This document shows positions 18,390-29,419 of a DNA stretch of 64,000 bases, piece after piece. Within the stretch, counting starts at the first letter, position 1; the number at the start of each line of letters is the position of its first letter. Under the pieces are notes generated by a model. The model was given only the letters and a program-made list of their open reading frames with translations. It did no database searches and was not told the DNA's origin. The position numbers and the translations under genes are program-made. The stretch spans positions 1,600,001 through 1,664,000 of the forward strand of contig OZ246001.1 of NCBI GenBank assembly GCA_965230295.1, given 5' to 3'. Source of the DNA: Marinicella sp. Lineage in GTDB: Bacteria; Pseudomonadota; Gammaproteobacteria; Xanthomonadales; Marinicellaceae.

Positions 18390-19061
18390 CTAGCCCATAC
18401 CAAAAATCAAATAAATGATTTCCACCCCTTTTTGGGTGTGGTGTAGCAACAAGAATGACAACAAATACAGTAACGAAGACAACAAGCCCAAAGACCACAG
18501 GTATTTTGTATTGACTTGAAACATCTGATGCAATCCATAAACTGCGATGGCGGTGGCATGTAACCAGATCAGAACCAACAAGTAGATATGCCAATCCATC
18601 ATCGCCTCAGCATGAGCCAGTTGTAAAAACAAGTTGTGGTATTTTTCCCCGGTAAAACCGGCATGGACCTCAAACACCATATTCCACAACCACAATGGAA
18701 TCCAGTAAACCACAATAAACCACCCAACCATCAAACCCACTTGATGGTGGTTGCGCAAACCCAACCAGGCAACACCAGCAACCAAAATCGAAACCAAGGC
18801 CCCGTGCACCAACAGCACTGCAAAAATTTCTCCTGGTTTTTCCTGCTCCTGAACAAAGGCAAAGCTTGAAAATAACAACGACAATACCGTGATGATGATC
18901 ACCATCAGTGCAATCGACTTTTTCACATTCAGCATGGCATGCTCAATGGCGTTGTTGTGATTCTTAACACCTGCCATCACCCAACTTGGGCGCAGATAAA
19001 AACAAAACATGGCCATAAAGGCATGGTACAAGGCAGCGCATTCTTTGATGATGTATTGCAT
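18390..19061 (-). CDS. Hypothetical multi-pass membrane protein
   Basis: About five hydrophobic segments; fills the intergenic space. Confidence 0.6.
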   Translation of the reverse strand: MQYIIKECAALYHAFMAMFCFYLRPSWVMAGVKNHNNAIEHAMLNVKKSIALMVIIITVLSLLFSSFAFVQEQEKPGEIFAVLLVHGALVSILVAGVAWLGLRNHHQVGLMVGWFIVVYWIPLWLWNMVFEVHAGFTGEKYHNLFLQLAHAEAMMDWHIYLLVLIWLHATAIAVYGLHQMFQVNTKYLWSLGLLSSLLYLLSFLLLHHTQKGVEIIYLIFGMG

Positions 19062-19159
19062 GTTGGCATTGTAACCAAAGTGTGACTTGGCTTGAACTTT
19101 AATTGAACCATCTGACTTTATCAGAGGTCCGAATTCTTAATTAATCAAGGAGTCTTGGC

Positions 19160-19552
19160 GTGAAAAAACAAAATACTTTGCAGCAACAACAGGATGAAAT
19201 TAACATCACACCGATGATGGATGTGGTATTTATCATGCTGATCTTTTTTGTGGTCACCGCTTCATTTGTCAAGGAAACCGGCATTGGCATCAGTCGCGCC
19301 ACAGCTGCTGTAGAGCCCAATGAAAATGCAAAAATCGCAACCATCAAGTTGGATCCTCAAGGATACAGCATCAACGGACATGCTGTTTTATTGGATGGCA
19401 TTGAAGCCAGAATGGCTCAGCTGAAAGCTGAATTTCCAAACCTTCAAGCCCAATTGATCACGGCCAAAAACATCAAAGTGAACACCTTGGTCAGAGCGGT
19501 AGAACAGGTCAAAAATGCCGAGGTCAAAGGTCTGTCTGTAGCCACTTATTAA
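19160..19552 (+). CDS. exbD: ExbD/TolR family protein
   Basis: INITPMMDVVFIMLIFFVVT motif; AGGAG RBS before GTG. Confidence 0.9.
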   Translation: MKKQNTLQQQQDEINITPMMDVVFIMLIFFVVTASFVKETGIGISRATAAVEPNENAKIATIKLDPQGYSINGHAVLLDGIEARMAQLKAEFPNLQAQLITAKNIKVNTLVRAVEQVKNAEVKGLSVATY

Positions 19553-19566
19553 GGGTGGTCGCTTGG

Positions 19567-20259
19567 TTATTCCAGGGCTGTTTTTACCGCTGCCTTGATG
19601 TGACTGTGGGTGGCATCAATCAATGGCACATGGGTGTCTGATTGTTTGATCAACAGACCTATCTCAGTACAACCCAAAATGATGGCCTGGGCACCTGCTG
19701 TGGTTAACTGGTTGATGGTGTCTAAGTAGATTTGTTTGGATTGTTCATTGATGATGCCATGACACAGTTCTTCAAAAACCACCCGATCCACCTCATGCCG
19801 TGCTGCTGCATTGGGCACCCAGGTTTGGATGCCATACCCTTGTGCCAATCGATCTTTATAAAAATCTTCTTCCATGGTAAAAGCAGTACCCAATAACCCG
19901 ACTTGTTTTATTTCTTGGTTTTTTAACTCTTTGCCCACCACATCTGCAATGTGAAGCAACGGTATATCCAGGGCCGCTTCTATTTGAGGGGCTAATTTAT
20001 GCATGGTATTGGTGGCAATGACCAGAAAATCAGCACCTGCACTTTGTATGCTTTTACAGTGATCAGCCAGTTGACGACCAATTTCATCCCATTCACCCGC
20101 TTGCATCAAGGCTTCGATCGGCGCAAAGTCAACATTGAACAACACCATTTGAGCAGAATGAAGACCACCCAGGTTTTGGTTGATCTGTTGGTTCAATTCA
20201 CGGTAGTAAATGCGGGTGCTTTCCCAACTCATGCCACCCAATAAACCAATGGTTTTCAT
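19567..20259 (-). CDS. Aspartate/glutamate racemase family (YgeA-like)
   Basis: MKTIGLLGGMSWEST, ATNTMH, ILGCTEI. Confidence 0.92.
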   Translation of the reverse strand: MKTIGLLGGMSWESTRIYYRELNQQINQNLGGLHSAQMVLFNVDFAPIEALMQAGEWDEIGRQLADHCKSIQSAGADFLVIATNTMHKLAPQIEAALDIPLLHIADVVGKELKNQEIKQVGLLGTAFTMEEDFYKDRLAQGYGIQTWVPNAAARHEVDRVVFEELCHGIINEQSKQIYLDTINQLTTAGAQAIILGCTEIGLLIKQSDTHVPLIDATHSHIKAAVKTALE

Positions 20260-20287
20260 ATGGCAATGCGGTTTGGTATTAAATGCC

Positions 20288-20872
20288 TCATTTCATCCAA
20301 GTGTATATTCGCATCGGGGGGATGTTTTTGAACTCTATTTTTTTGCAGGTGTATTCTCCGAACAAAGGCTCTGCCAACCTGCTTACATGGTCCCTCAATT
20401 GGTAAGCCAAAAAAATACCTCCAGGCTTCAATGTATCGTGAATGGACTGCATGATCAGTTTATCCATCCCTTTTGGCAAAGTGGTAAATGGAATACCAGA
20501 TATGATCACATCGGCAGACTCCCATCCATGTTCATCCATGATTTCAAGCAAATTTTGGGCCCCTTTATTACTCACAATTAAGCGGTCATCATCGATGGTT
20601 TTTATCATGTGATCGATGAATTTTTGGTTGATCTCTACACTGATGAGTTTGGCGTCATCAGCCATATATTTTAAGATTCCTTTGGTGGTTCCGCCTGTTC
20701 CCGGACCCAGCTCCATGATGTGACGGGCTTCTTGCAAATGAGCCGTTTTGGCAATTTGCTCAATCAACCAAGGCGATGATGGCATGAAGTAACCCACTTG
20801 TAACGGGCTTTTTATGGCATGTTTCAAAAATAAGGCAGAATCCTTCAAGGAATTTTTCACTTTTTTACTCAT
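20288..20872 (-). CDS. SAM-dependent methyltransferase, phospholipid N-methyltransferase (PmtA-like)
   Basis: [28 protein letters not shown] motifs. Confidence 0.8.
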   Translation of the reverse strand: MSKKVKNSLKDSALFLKHAIKSPLQVGYFMPSSPWLIEQIAKTAHLQEARHIMELGPGTGGTTKGILKYMADDAKLISVEINQKFIDHMIKTIDDDRLIVSNKGAQNLLEIMDEHGWESADVIISGIPFTTLPKGMDKLIMQSIHDTLKPGGIFLAYQLRDHVSRLAEPLFGEYTCKKIEFKNIPPMRIYTWMK

Positions 20873-22575
20873 GCCTTGATTTGCCCTGATAAGAAGCCCT
20901 CGATTGTATCACGACTGATGTTTTTTGACTGCATGTCCTGACGATTGCGATATTCCACTTCATTGTTATCCAATGCTCGATCACCGATGATCACCTGATG
21001 AGGTATGCCAAGTAATTCAAAATCTGACATCATAAAACCCGGTCTTACTTTGCGGTCATCCAATATCACTTCTATACCCTGAGCCAATAATTGATTGTAC
21101 AGATCATCTGCAGCTTGTCTGACCCGTTCAGATTTTTGATAATTCATGGGCAAAATCGCCACTGTGAATGGGGCTATGTTAACTGGCCATATAATGCCCT
21201 TGTCATCATGGTTTTGTTCTATGGCCGCCGCCACCATTCGTGTCACACCCATACCATAACAACCCATTTCCATGGCTTGTGACTTACCCTGTTCATTCAA
21301 AACCACAGCATTCATGGCTTGTGAATACTTGTTACCTAACTGAAAGATATGACCCACTTCAATACCACGAGCCATTTTTAGGCTACCCACACCATCAGGA
21401 CTGGGCTCACCGACTTGAGCATCCCTGAGGTCCTTAACTGCATCAAAATGGGCATCACGTTCCCAGTTGACTCCGGTAAAATGATGGCCGTCTTCATTGG
21501 CACCACAAATAAAATCGCTCATGTTGGCAACGGTTTTGTCCACCACAACCATGCAATCCAAATCCTTCACACCAATTGAACCTGCATCACATCCAGCCAC
21601 GGCTTTGATTTCATCATCATTCAACATCCTGAATGGAGATTCAACCACCTCCAGATTGCCAGCTTTGACTTCGTTTAAATTGTGATCGCCTCTGAGCACC
21701 AAAGCAACTGGGCCATCCACACCAGCAACCAATAATGTTTTGATGGTCTGTTCTTTGTCTACCTTTAAGAATTCTGACACGGCATCAATGGTCTTCTGCT
21801 CGGGAGTCGCCACCTTCTCAAGTTGAGCAACTGGTGCTGCCCGTTCTGGCAGCATACTGACCGCTTCGCACTTTTCTAAATTGGCCGCGTAATCACCGGT
21901 GTCAGAATACATGATGGCATCCTCACCTGATTCGGCTATTACATGAAATTCTTGTGATCCAGACCCACCTATGGCGCCAGAGTCAGCCAGAACACAACGG
22001 AAGTCCAGACCTATTCTATTGATGATATTGGTATAAGCTTGGTGCATTTTTTGATAGGTTTCAACCAATGACTCATGAGACAAATGGAACGAATAGGCGT
22101 CTTTCATGATGAACTCACGAGAGCGCATGACACCAAAACGGGGCCTGATTTCATCTCTGAATTTGGTTTGGATTTGGTAATAGTTGATTGGCAACTGTTT
22201 GTATGAGTTGACCTCATTGCGAACAAAATCAGTGATCACTTCTTCATGTGTAGGCCCAAAAAAGTAATCCCGTTCGGCACGATCATGAATGGCCAATAAT
22301 TGACCGCCAAAATCTTCAATTCGGCCGGTTTCCTGCCACAATTCTTTGGGTTGAACAGCTGGCATCAGCATTTCCAAAGCACCGGCAGAATTCATCTCTT
22401 CACGGATGATGTTTTCTATTTTTTGTAACACCCGCAAGCCTAACGGCGCCCAAGTATACAAGCCAGCACCCAGTTTCCTGATCATGCCAGATCGCACCAT
22501 CAATTGATGAGAAATGATTTCCGCGTCCTGAGGTGTTTCCTTACGCGTTACTAAATGAAAAGCCGTGGTTCTCAT
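20869..22575 (-). CDS. proS: Proline--tRNA ligase
   Basis: [39 protein letters not shown]. Confidence 0.98.
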   Translation of the reverse strand: MRTTAFHLVTRKETPQDAEIISHQLMVRSGMIRKLGAGLYTWAPLGLRVLQKIENIIREEMNSAGALEMLMPAVQPKELWQETGRIEDFGGQLLAIHDRAERDYFFGPTHEEVITDFVRNEVNSYKQLPINYYQIQTKFRDEIRPRFGVMRSREFIMKDAYSFHLSHESLVETYQKMHQAYTNIINRIGLDFRCVLADSGAIGGSGSQEFHVIAESGEDAIMYSDTGDYAANLEKCEAVSMLPERAAPVAQLEKVATPEQKTIDAVSEFLKVDKEQTIKTLLVAGVDGPVALVLRGDHNLNEVKAGNLEVVESPFRMLNDDEIKAVAGCDAGSIGVKDLDCMVVVDKTVANMSDFICGANEDGHHFTGVNWERDAHFDAVKDLRDAQVGEPSPDGVGSLKMARGIEVGHIFQLGNKYSQAMNAVVLNEQGKSQAMEMGCYGMGVTRMVAAAIEQNHDDKGIIWPVNIAPFTVAILPMNYQKSERVRQAADDLYNQLLAQGIEVILDDRKVRPGFMMSDFELLGIPHQVIIGDRALDNNEVEYRNRQDMQSKNISRDTIEGFLSGQIKA

Positions 22576-22790
22576 GGGTCATATTCTGAAGTCTTGAAAT
22601 TAGCGCTATCTTAACTGATTCTGTGCATTTCTGCTGCTTTTAATCGGGTCAAATGTAAGCACGTTCTTAGGGTTTTAAATTTTGCAATATTGAGCCGGTC
22701 AATGGCTTCAATAGTGTCACACAATCGGTTGATTAAATGGTCAACGGTTTCTTTCCGGCCGGGTTCTGTTGTTGCGGTCCCGACCGCGGT

Positions 22791-23333
22791 CTACTTTTTT
22801 GAGTTTTGGTGCATAAAGAAAGTGATGGTCTTAGATTTTTTCATCACTTTGTTGCTGAGTCGATCAACCAACAACGCTTGTACTTTATGTTCGCCGCGGT
22901 AGATGCCGGAGAATTCTTGGGTGGTGGCGTCGTTGGGCTTTTGTTTTTTGCCATCCAACACGAATTGTACCTGGTAACGTAATTGTTGTTGTTCATTCAA
23001 GGGACCCACTGAAACCTTTAGTTTTCCACCTGTACCCCATAAATTTTGCTCATTAACCGGCTCAATGATTTCAAAATCGGCGACTTCAGCAGGATCAATG
23101 ACTTCATCACTGCTGGTGCTGTCAGTGGCTGTGCTGGTGGTGACTGGCGCAGAAGGAATGATGGAGAGCTTGGGCAGATCTGCTTCCTTATAGTTATCAT
23201 TGGGCTTGGTCTCGCTGTAGTGGGTCACCCCATTTTCATCGGTGTACTTATAAATTTTCTTTTCTTCCGCAGCCAATACGCCAGTACTGGCAACTGCCAA
23301 ACCCAATAATATCCAAGCTTTTTTCATATTCAA
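22791..23333 (-). CDS. DUF4124 domain secreted protein
   Basis: Signal peptide, then IYKYTDENGVTHYSE.P, then an Ig-like C-terminus (RGEH). Confidence 0.85.
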   Translation of the reverse strand: MNMKKAWILLGLAVASTGVLAAEEKKIYKYTDENGVTHYSETKPNDNYKEADLPKLSIIPSAPVTTSTATDSTSSDEVIDPAEVADFEIIEPVNEQNLWGTGGKLKVSVGPLNEQQQLRYQVQFVLDGKKQKPNDATTQEFSGIYRGEHKVQALLVDRLSNKVMKKSKTITFFMHQNSKK

Positions 23334-24517
23334 TCCGAAAATAACATACTTTCTTTGTTATACAGCCTCACAGCGATCCATGCAAGGATCACACCAAAGA
23401 ACAGCGTACCAAAAATGGTGACCAAAATGGCTGACATACCCGGCTCTTCGCCTCGTATGATTTGATTGATAATCAAATTCTGGCTCAAAATAGGCACCAG
23501 CATCATCCACAGTTTTTCTTTCACAGATAAAAACATCAATAACATACTGGGTATCATCGGCACCAAAATCAAGAGCCCCACATAAGTTTGGGCTTCCTTG
23601 AAAGATTTGCTGAACGAGGCAATGATGGTTTGGATGGCACTGGCCACGACAGCCAATGGCATCAACACCAAAAACATAATCAGGATTTTATACAGACCCA
23701 AGTCCAAACTCAGACCCAGTTTTTTCTGAGGATAAAAGGGCAAAGATAATTTGAACACAATCATCGCCAAAACCAGTGTCACCAAACCAAAAGTGATGGT
23801 GGCTGCCAGTTTTCCTGAAAGGATGTCCGTGCGGCTAACTGGATTGAGAAACAGCGGCTCCAATGATTTTCTTTCTTTTTCACCAGCCGTGGTGTCAATC
23901 GCCAGATACATGCTGCCGGAGAACAAAATCAAGATCAGGAAATAGGGCAAGAAGGTCATCATCTGGCCTCCTTTAGACTCTAAAGAGGCTTGGTCATGAT
24001 TCTCAATAGTGACCGCTTTCATGATACCGGGAGACACCCCTCGCAACTGGAGTCGAATGGCTCCAATGCTGGATGAATAGGCGTTGATCAAGGACCTGGC
24101 TTTGCGCACAGAGATGTTGGTCGTGCCTTTGGCGGATCCATCAAAATACAGTTTAACTTTGGCTGCTTTTCCTGCGCCGAAAGCCTCTGAATACCCTTCA
24201 TCAATGGCTAAAATCACATCATGGTCTTTGTCTTTAATCGCTTGTTCTGGCGATTTGTCACCCATAGGGACAATTTTGACACCTTGAGACAACAGGTATT
24301 TTTCCAGATTCTGCGCCCCTTCAACATTGATCACAGGCAGCTCTAACTGTTCTTCTGCTTTGCCCTTGGTCATGTTGGTGGTTAATTGGATCAGTCCCAA
24401 CATCAATAACGGTCCGAACACCGCAGACATCACCAATGAAGACATGATGGTTCTTTTGTCGCGCAAGTTTTCCCTCACTTCTTTGAGGAACACCACTTTA
24501 AAAGCATTGCTGATCAT
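23330..24517 (-). CDS. ABC transporter permease (NatB-like)
   Basis: KEVRENLRDKRT, AGEKERKSLEPL, multiple TM helices. Confidence 0.9.
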   Translation of the reverse strand: MISNAFKVVFLKEVRENLRDKRTIMSSLVMSAVFGPLLMLGLIQLTTNMTKGKAEEQLELPVINVEGAQNLEKYLLSQGVKIVPMGDKSPEQAIKDKDHDVILAIDEGYSEAFGAGKAAKVKLYFDGSAKGTTNISVRKARSLINAYSSSIGAIRLQLRGVSPGIMKAVTIENHDQASLESKGGQMMTFLPYFLILILFSGSMYLAIDTTAGEKERKSLEPLFLNPVSRTDILSGKLAATITFGLVTLVLAMIVFKLSLPFYPQKKLGLSLDLGLYKILIMFLVLMPLAVVASAIQTIIASFSKSFKEAQTYVGLLILVPMIPSMLLMFLSVKEKLWMMLVPILSQNLIINQIIRGEEPGMSAILVTIFGTLFFGVILAWIAVRLYNKESMLFSD

Positions 24518-25257
24518 GCGACACCTCCTGCAGTGGCGGGTTGTTGGGTGACTAAATTCACGAAGGCATCCTCCAGGTTTTTCTCACCGGTTAATTCCAA
24601 CAATTCTTGTTCTGTGCCAGTGGCCCGGATAATACCCGCATCAACCACTGTAATGATGTCACAAACTGCCGAAACTTCTTGCATCACATGAGAAGAAAAC
24701 AACACACACTTGCCACGGGCTTTTTCTTCGCGCAAAAAAGCTCGGATGGCTCGGGTACTCATCACATCCAAACCATTGGTGGGCTCATCCAATAATATGT
24801 TTTTCGGGTCATGAATGATGGCCCTGGCAATCGCCACTTTGACCCTTTGACCTTGAGAAAAACCATCGGTTTGTCGGTCGGCAAATTTTTCCATCCCTAA
24901 GCGTTGAATCAACTCATCAGCACGGCGCTTGATGTCGGCTTCGCTCATGCCTTGCAGTCGCCCAAAGTAGGTCATGTTTTCTCGCGCTGTTAAGCGTTTA
25001 TACAAGCCACGTGCATCTGGCAAAACACCCATGCGGGCTCTGGCAGCAACCGGGTTTTCAGTTGAGTTGATACCATCCACTGTTACCACTCCTGTTTCTG
25101 GTTTTATCAAAGCATAAATCATCCGCATAGAGGTGGTTTTGCCGGCACCATTGGCACCCAGCAAAGCGGTGATTTTCCCATCTTCAGCCACCAGGCTGAC
25201 GTCTTTGACGGCTTTGACTTCGCCAAAGGATTTACTGATTTGGTCAACTTTAATCAT
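24514..25257 (-). CDS. ABC transporter ATP-binding protein (NatA-like)
   Basis: GANGAGKT, FSQGQ, LLDEPTNGLD; start MIKVDQ overlaps the upstream stop (ATGA). Confidence 0.92.
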   Translation of the reverse strand: MIKVDQISKSFGEVKAVKDVSLVAEDGKITALLGANGAGKTTSMRMIYALIKPETGVVTVDGINSTENPVAARARMGVLPDARGLYKRLTARENMTYFGRLQGMSEADIKRRADELIQRLGMEKFADRQTDGFSQGQRVKVAIARAIIHDPKNILLDEPTNGLDVMSTRAIRAFLREEKARGKCVLFSSHVMQEVSAVCDIITVVDAGIIRATGTEQELLELTGEKNLEDAFVNLVTQQPATAGGVA

Positions 25258-26687
25258 TCTTTCGGCCCATTCATGTTGATGAAAAAGGAAAAATCCCTGA
25301 AATCTTTCATGCATTCGGTTGCCAATTCAGCTTCAGGGTCTTTGATGAACGCAGTCACTATTTTTGGCATACAACCACGGGTACCCACAATGTGGCCCTG
25401 ACCTTTGGCAATCAAATGTTGGGCATTGTTTAAGGTTGCCATGGTTTTTTCAGCAAATGCTGGTGGTGTCACTGGATCATATTCACCTGACAACAACAAT
25501 GTAGGAATGTCAGAACTGACGGGCTCTTTGAATGAGGCGTCGACAGGAACATAATCCCACTGTTCACAGCGGGCATGCATCAATTCAAACAGATTATCTC
25601 CAAACAAGGAGTTAGTGACATTCGATGTTTTCGGCATAAAAGGCACATCTTCAGCACATGATACTGACAACTCCAAAGCATTATTCAAGCCTTGGTTTAA
25701 ACTGTTCATCACCATTTGAGCTTGCGCTGCCATGGTTTCAGGTTGCCCCTGATTGGCCAACGACACCATCAATGGAATCAAACCCATGGTTTCAGGCGAA
25801 TAGGCAAACATACGTAAAGCCAACACCGCGTACTCACGGGTCATCACCACATCCTCAAACTCACCTGTACCTGAATTCAACAGCCTCAATTCAATGGGCT
25901 CTGCTTTCAACTGTTCAAGGAACTTCCACATTTGTTGCTCGGCATCACCAAATGCTGTGGCACATGATTCATCTTTCCCACACAGGTCAAAAATCCGACT
26001 GAGGGTGCTTTGTAAATTCCCTTCATGAGAAACGCCCAAAGCTTCATCTTGTGGCACCACGGCATCCAAGACCACCGAACGGATCGCCTCAGGATACATT
26101 TTCATATAGGTCAGTGCTTTTCTGGTACCGTATGATCCACCGTATAAATTCCAATGGGTATACCCCAATGCCGCTCTGACTGCTTCCAAATCATGGATGG
26201 CTTCAGTCGTGGTATACATGCGGGTGTTGGCATCCAAACTTTGGTGGCATTCTTTGGTCCATGCTTTCAATATTTCCGGGTCCAATTCATTCATATCCTC
26301 CATGTCCTCAGGTGTGATTTCACAACGCAACGGGTTTGATGCACCTGTGCCACGCTGATCGACCATCACCAAATCCCTTAACGGCAAAGCAGCCCCGATG
26401 GGTTTAGCCAATCCTGCAAAGGTGTCAACGGCACCTTGTCCAGGACCTCCAGCCAGCAACAACAGCGGATCGCTGAGTTTTTCTGATGATCCTGATTTGA
26501 TCACCGCGATGTTGAGCTCGATCATTTTATCCGGGTTGGCACGGTCTTCAGGAACGGCCAATCGACCACAATGGGCTGCTGTACTGACCCCTGAACCATC
26601 TGCCCCGATAAAACAGGGCTCCAACTCCAAGGCAGAAACGTCGGCAACAAGCAACCAGGTCACCAACGTGATATAGATTTTTTTCAT
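25254..26687 (-). CDS. Secreted alpha/beta hydrolase with TAP-like C-terminus
   Basis: Signal peptide; GGPG, DQRGTG, GGSYG nucleophile, DPVTP, GQGH. Confidence 0.9.
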   Translation of the reverse strand: MKKIYITLVTWLLVADVSALELEPCFIGADGSGVSTAAHCGRLAVPEDRANPDKMIELNIAVIKSGSSEKLSDPLLLLAGGPGQGAVDTFAGLAKPIGAALPLRDLVMVDQRGTGASNPLRCEITPEDMEDMNELDPEILKAWTKECHQSLDANTRMYTTTEAIHDLEAVRAALGYTHWNLYGGSYGTRKALTYMKMYPEAIRSVVLDAVVPQDEALGVSHEGNLQSTLSRIFDLCGKDESCATAFGDAEQQMWKFLEQLKAEPIELRLLNSGTGEFEDVVMTREYAVLALRMFAYSPETMGLIPLMVSLANQGQPETMAAQAQMVMNSLNQGLNNALELSVSCAEDVPFMPKTSNVTNSLFGDNLFELMHARCEQWDYVPVDASFKEPVSSDIPTLLLSGEYDPVTPPAFAEKTMATLNNAQHLIAKGQGHIVGTRGCMPKIVTAFIKDPEAELATECMKDFRDFSFFINMNGPKE

Positions 26688-26792
26688 GTGAATATATGCT
26701 GTTTAACGTTAATTATTGTAAAGGAAGTTAAGTTCTTACTTCATGTCCCGATGGTCATGTAAACCATAAGTTTAAAAAAACCGAATATTAAA

Positions 26793-27545
26793 TCATTTTT
26801 TTTTGGTCGCCGGACTGATGTATTTTTCTCGTTTGATCAATGGCACAGGCATGCCTTTCTCTTTCAACAAAGCAAAGGCATCATCAACCATGTTGGGGTT
26901 GCCGCACAAGTAGGCGATGTCATTTTCCGAATCGAAATCATGGCCGGCTAAATAGTTTTGTACATAACCATTTTGATCATTGGGGCCTGCGGTCCCTCGA
27001 GGTTTTCTGGACAGACAAGGCACATAATGAAATCCCTCATACTGTTGCTCAAGTGCGACAAAATCATCTTCATACAGCAAGCCTGTTGCATCTTGTGCAC
27101 CCATCACCACATAGAATTCTGACCCTTGCTGTAAACGCAATTCGATTTCTTTCAACATCGCCCGATAAGGTGTCACACCCGTTCCAGTGGCGATTAAAAA
27201 ATAACGTTCATGCCGATCTGGTAACAAACAAAACCGTCCATAGGGGCCCGTTGCTTCCAACTCATCACCCACTTGCATGCTTGAAAGTTTATTGGTCGCC
27301 AAACCACCTTCTACCCAGGAAACTGCGATATCAATATTATCTAAGGTGGTTTTCTCTTCTGGAAAAATACTCGCTATCGAATAGCTGCGAAAAGTTTCGA
27401 TGCCATCATCCTGCGTGAAGTGCAAGCGCAAGAATTGTCCTGCAATCACCACAAACGGCTGTTCGGACTCAACCGAAAAGGCGATGTTAACGGTGTTGTC
27501 ATTCAACGATTCCATGCTTTGCATGGTTAATTTCAGTGGGGTCAT
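26793..27545 (-). CDS. Ferredoxin--NADP reductase family oxidoreductase
   Basis: RSYSIAS, ATGTGVTP, YLCGNP, terminal EKY. Confidence 0.9.
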   Translation of the reverse strand: MTPLKLTMQSMESLNDNTVNIAFSVESEQPFVVIAGQFLRLHFTQDDGIETFRSYSIASIFPEEKTTLDNIDIAVSWVEGGLATNKLSSMQVGDELEATGPYGRFCLLPDRHERYFLIATGTGVTPYRAMLKEIELRLQQGSEFYVVMGAQDATGLLYEDDFVALEQQYEGFHYVPCLSRKPRGTAGPNDQNGYVQNYLAGHDFDSENDIAYLCGNPNMVDDAFALLKEKGMPVPLIKREKYISPATKKK

Positions 27546-27730
27546 GTTGGATTATATTGAATCAAAGCTTCATTATCGCAATATTCATGACTAAAAGGAA
27601 TGTTAATGGGGTTTTGTGGACATGTTTATTTGCTGAAAAAAATGTTGAACAATGGGTTTTATTTGTCTATACTTCGCATCCTCGTTTAGACGAGAGCCAC
27701 TTTTAAGGTTGCTGGCTAGTAACTTTACAC

Positions 27731-27858
27731 CGCAGAGCCGGCTGGTGAGCGTAGCTGAATCGCTATCGCTCCATGCTAATGCGATAGACCTACATCCATG
27801 TAGGCCAATCAGAGGCGAAGCGCATAATCGAAAGACATGTTCGAAGTGGTCGCTTTCA
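27731..27858 (+). repeat. Dispersed MITE/REP-like element
   Basis: Starts CCGGCTGGTGAGCGTAGCTGAATC, contains a CTACATCCATGTAG hairpin, ends GGTCGCTTT; shares both ends with 38662-38735 (reverse complement). Confidence 0.5.
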
Positions 27859-27906
27859 CTTTTGTCACAGACAAAGTGAAAAAAGACCCAATAACATACA
27901 TATCGT

Positions 27907-27982
<76 letters not shown>

Positions 27983-28160
27983 TTTCAAAGCATTGATTCC
28001 AAAGGAATTTCCTTGTGGTTTTCCCTTACTCTAAGTAATTTAATTATTTTTCCTATAATTTATAGAACCTTATTTAGAACCTTGACGAATTCAGTCTAAA
28101 TCTAAATTATCAAGGTTCAAAATTACGGCTTTAACCGATTTGCCATCTCCTTTATTTGCT

Positions 28161-28807
28161 TCACCAGTTTTCTCCCACGTTAAAATAATCAATCATATTA
28201 TCTTCGTCATCTGACAACTCTGTAATGATGCACCTTTTGTCCTTTGGGGACTCAACTAAGGCTGAATGATCAATATCAATAATTTTTCTGTTTATTCTGT
28301 AACACAGGCTTCCACTATATACTTTCCCTTCAATATGGTTACACGATGTAAATTTTTGCTTGCATATAGAACAACCACCTATTGTTTCAGTAAAGCCAGG
28401 ACTGTTATACATAACCCAGCCTGGAAAAATGAGTTTTCGGCACAAATCAATTTTTTCTAGATTGCGAACCCCCTCATAGTCAGTTATTTTTAATGCAATG
28501 CCAGTATAGTCTTGAACATCAATTAGGTGATTCCAAGCTCCATTGAAATTATCAGCCTTTAGTTCAATCCACATTAGCAATGATGGCGATCATACATTGC
28601 ATATGAAACATAATGATTGGCTTCATATTCGTTTTCCATAGCCTGATACTTGCAGCTTTTAACAAATAAAATGTGTTGTTCACACCCAGCAATTTTTTCT
28701 TTTTGAAAGGCTTGATAACGTATAAAGCGGTTAAATTTATGGCAACTGTCTATAAAATCACAACAGTCATCGTGAATTTTTTCGAATGAGGTGCTATTAC
28801 TTTTCAC
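28161..28807 (-). pseudogene. Fragmented hypothetical gene with a CSIC..C.H..G..Y.G..C zinc-binding motif
   Basis: Two abutting ORFs (28574-28807 and 28161-28580) in different frames inside the island. Confidence 0.55.
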
Positions 28808-29419
28808 TTGAGTTGTTTTTTTCGATATGGTCTTTAATGGCGCCTTCTAATTTGTTGAGGCTTTTATTACCCCTTTGTAAGAAAACTCTGATAACTTTGC
28901 TGTTAGTTGATAAAAAAACCAATGATTAATGGCCCAGTAACCACAAAGGCTTGTACACCGACAGTACCCATTTCTCACATAGTAGGGGTAGTTACCTCAT
29001 AGGTGTTAAAAAGGGTCAACTTTTAACAGATGTAAAAGGCATTGCCCCCTATTAGTTAGCAAGGACGTATCAACTTAAGATGACCAACACTGTTTGAGCA
29101 TGCACATTTCCGAACAAAAAGATCAGCGCTAAATCAGGTTTTGATCAGGACTTTATTGTGATGTTATTTGATAATTTACAGTAAGGAGCCATGCACGAAA
29201 TCTATACGCTATACCGTTGCATGGCTCTTTAGCTGGAAAGCATGGATGGCGGAGTTTTGCTCAAACTCTTTTTTGCCCCGTCACTCTTGTTTCCCATACT
29301 TACAGGGCACTGATCTCAAAAATAACAATGTGTTATTCAGAACAAATGCCTGTCTTTACAACTATATGGTCATTACCCTTAATAAAGAGGTATGCGCCCT
29401 GAACCTAAGGAATATAAAG

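Noticed and set aside
29168-29419. N-terminal extension of the island ORF
   Set aside because: The RBS and signal peptide indicate a start at ATG 29420.
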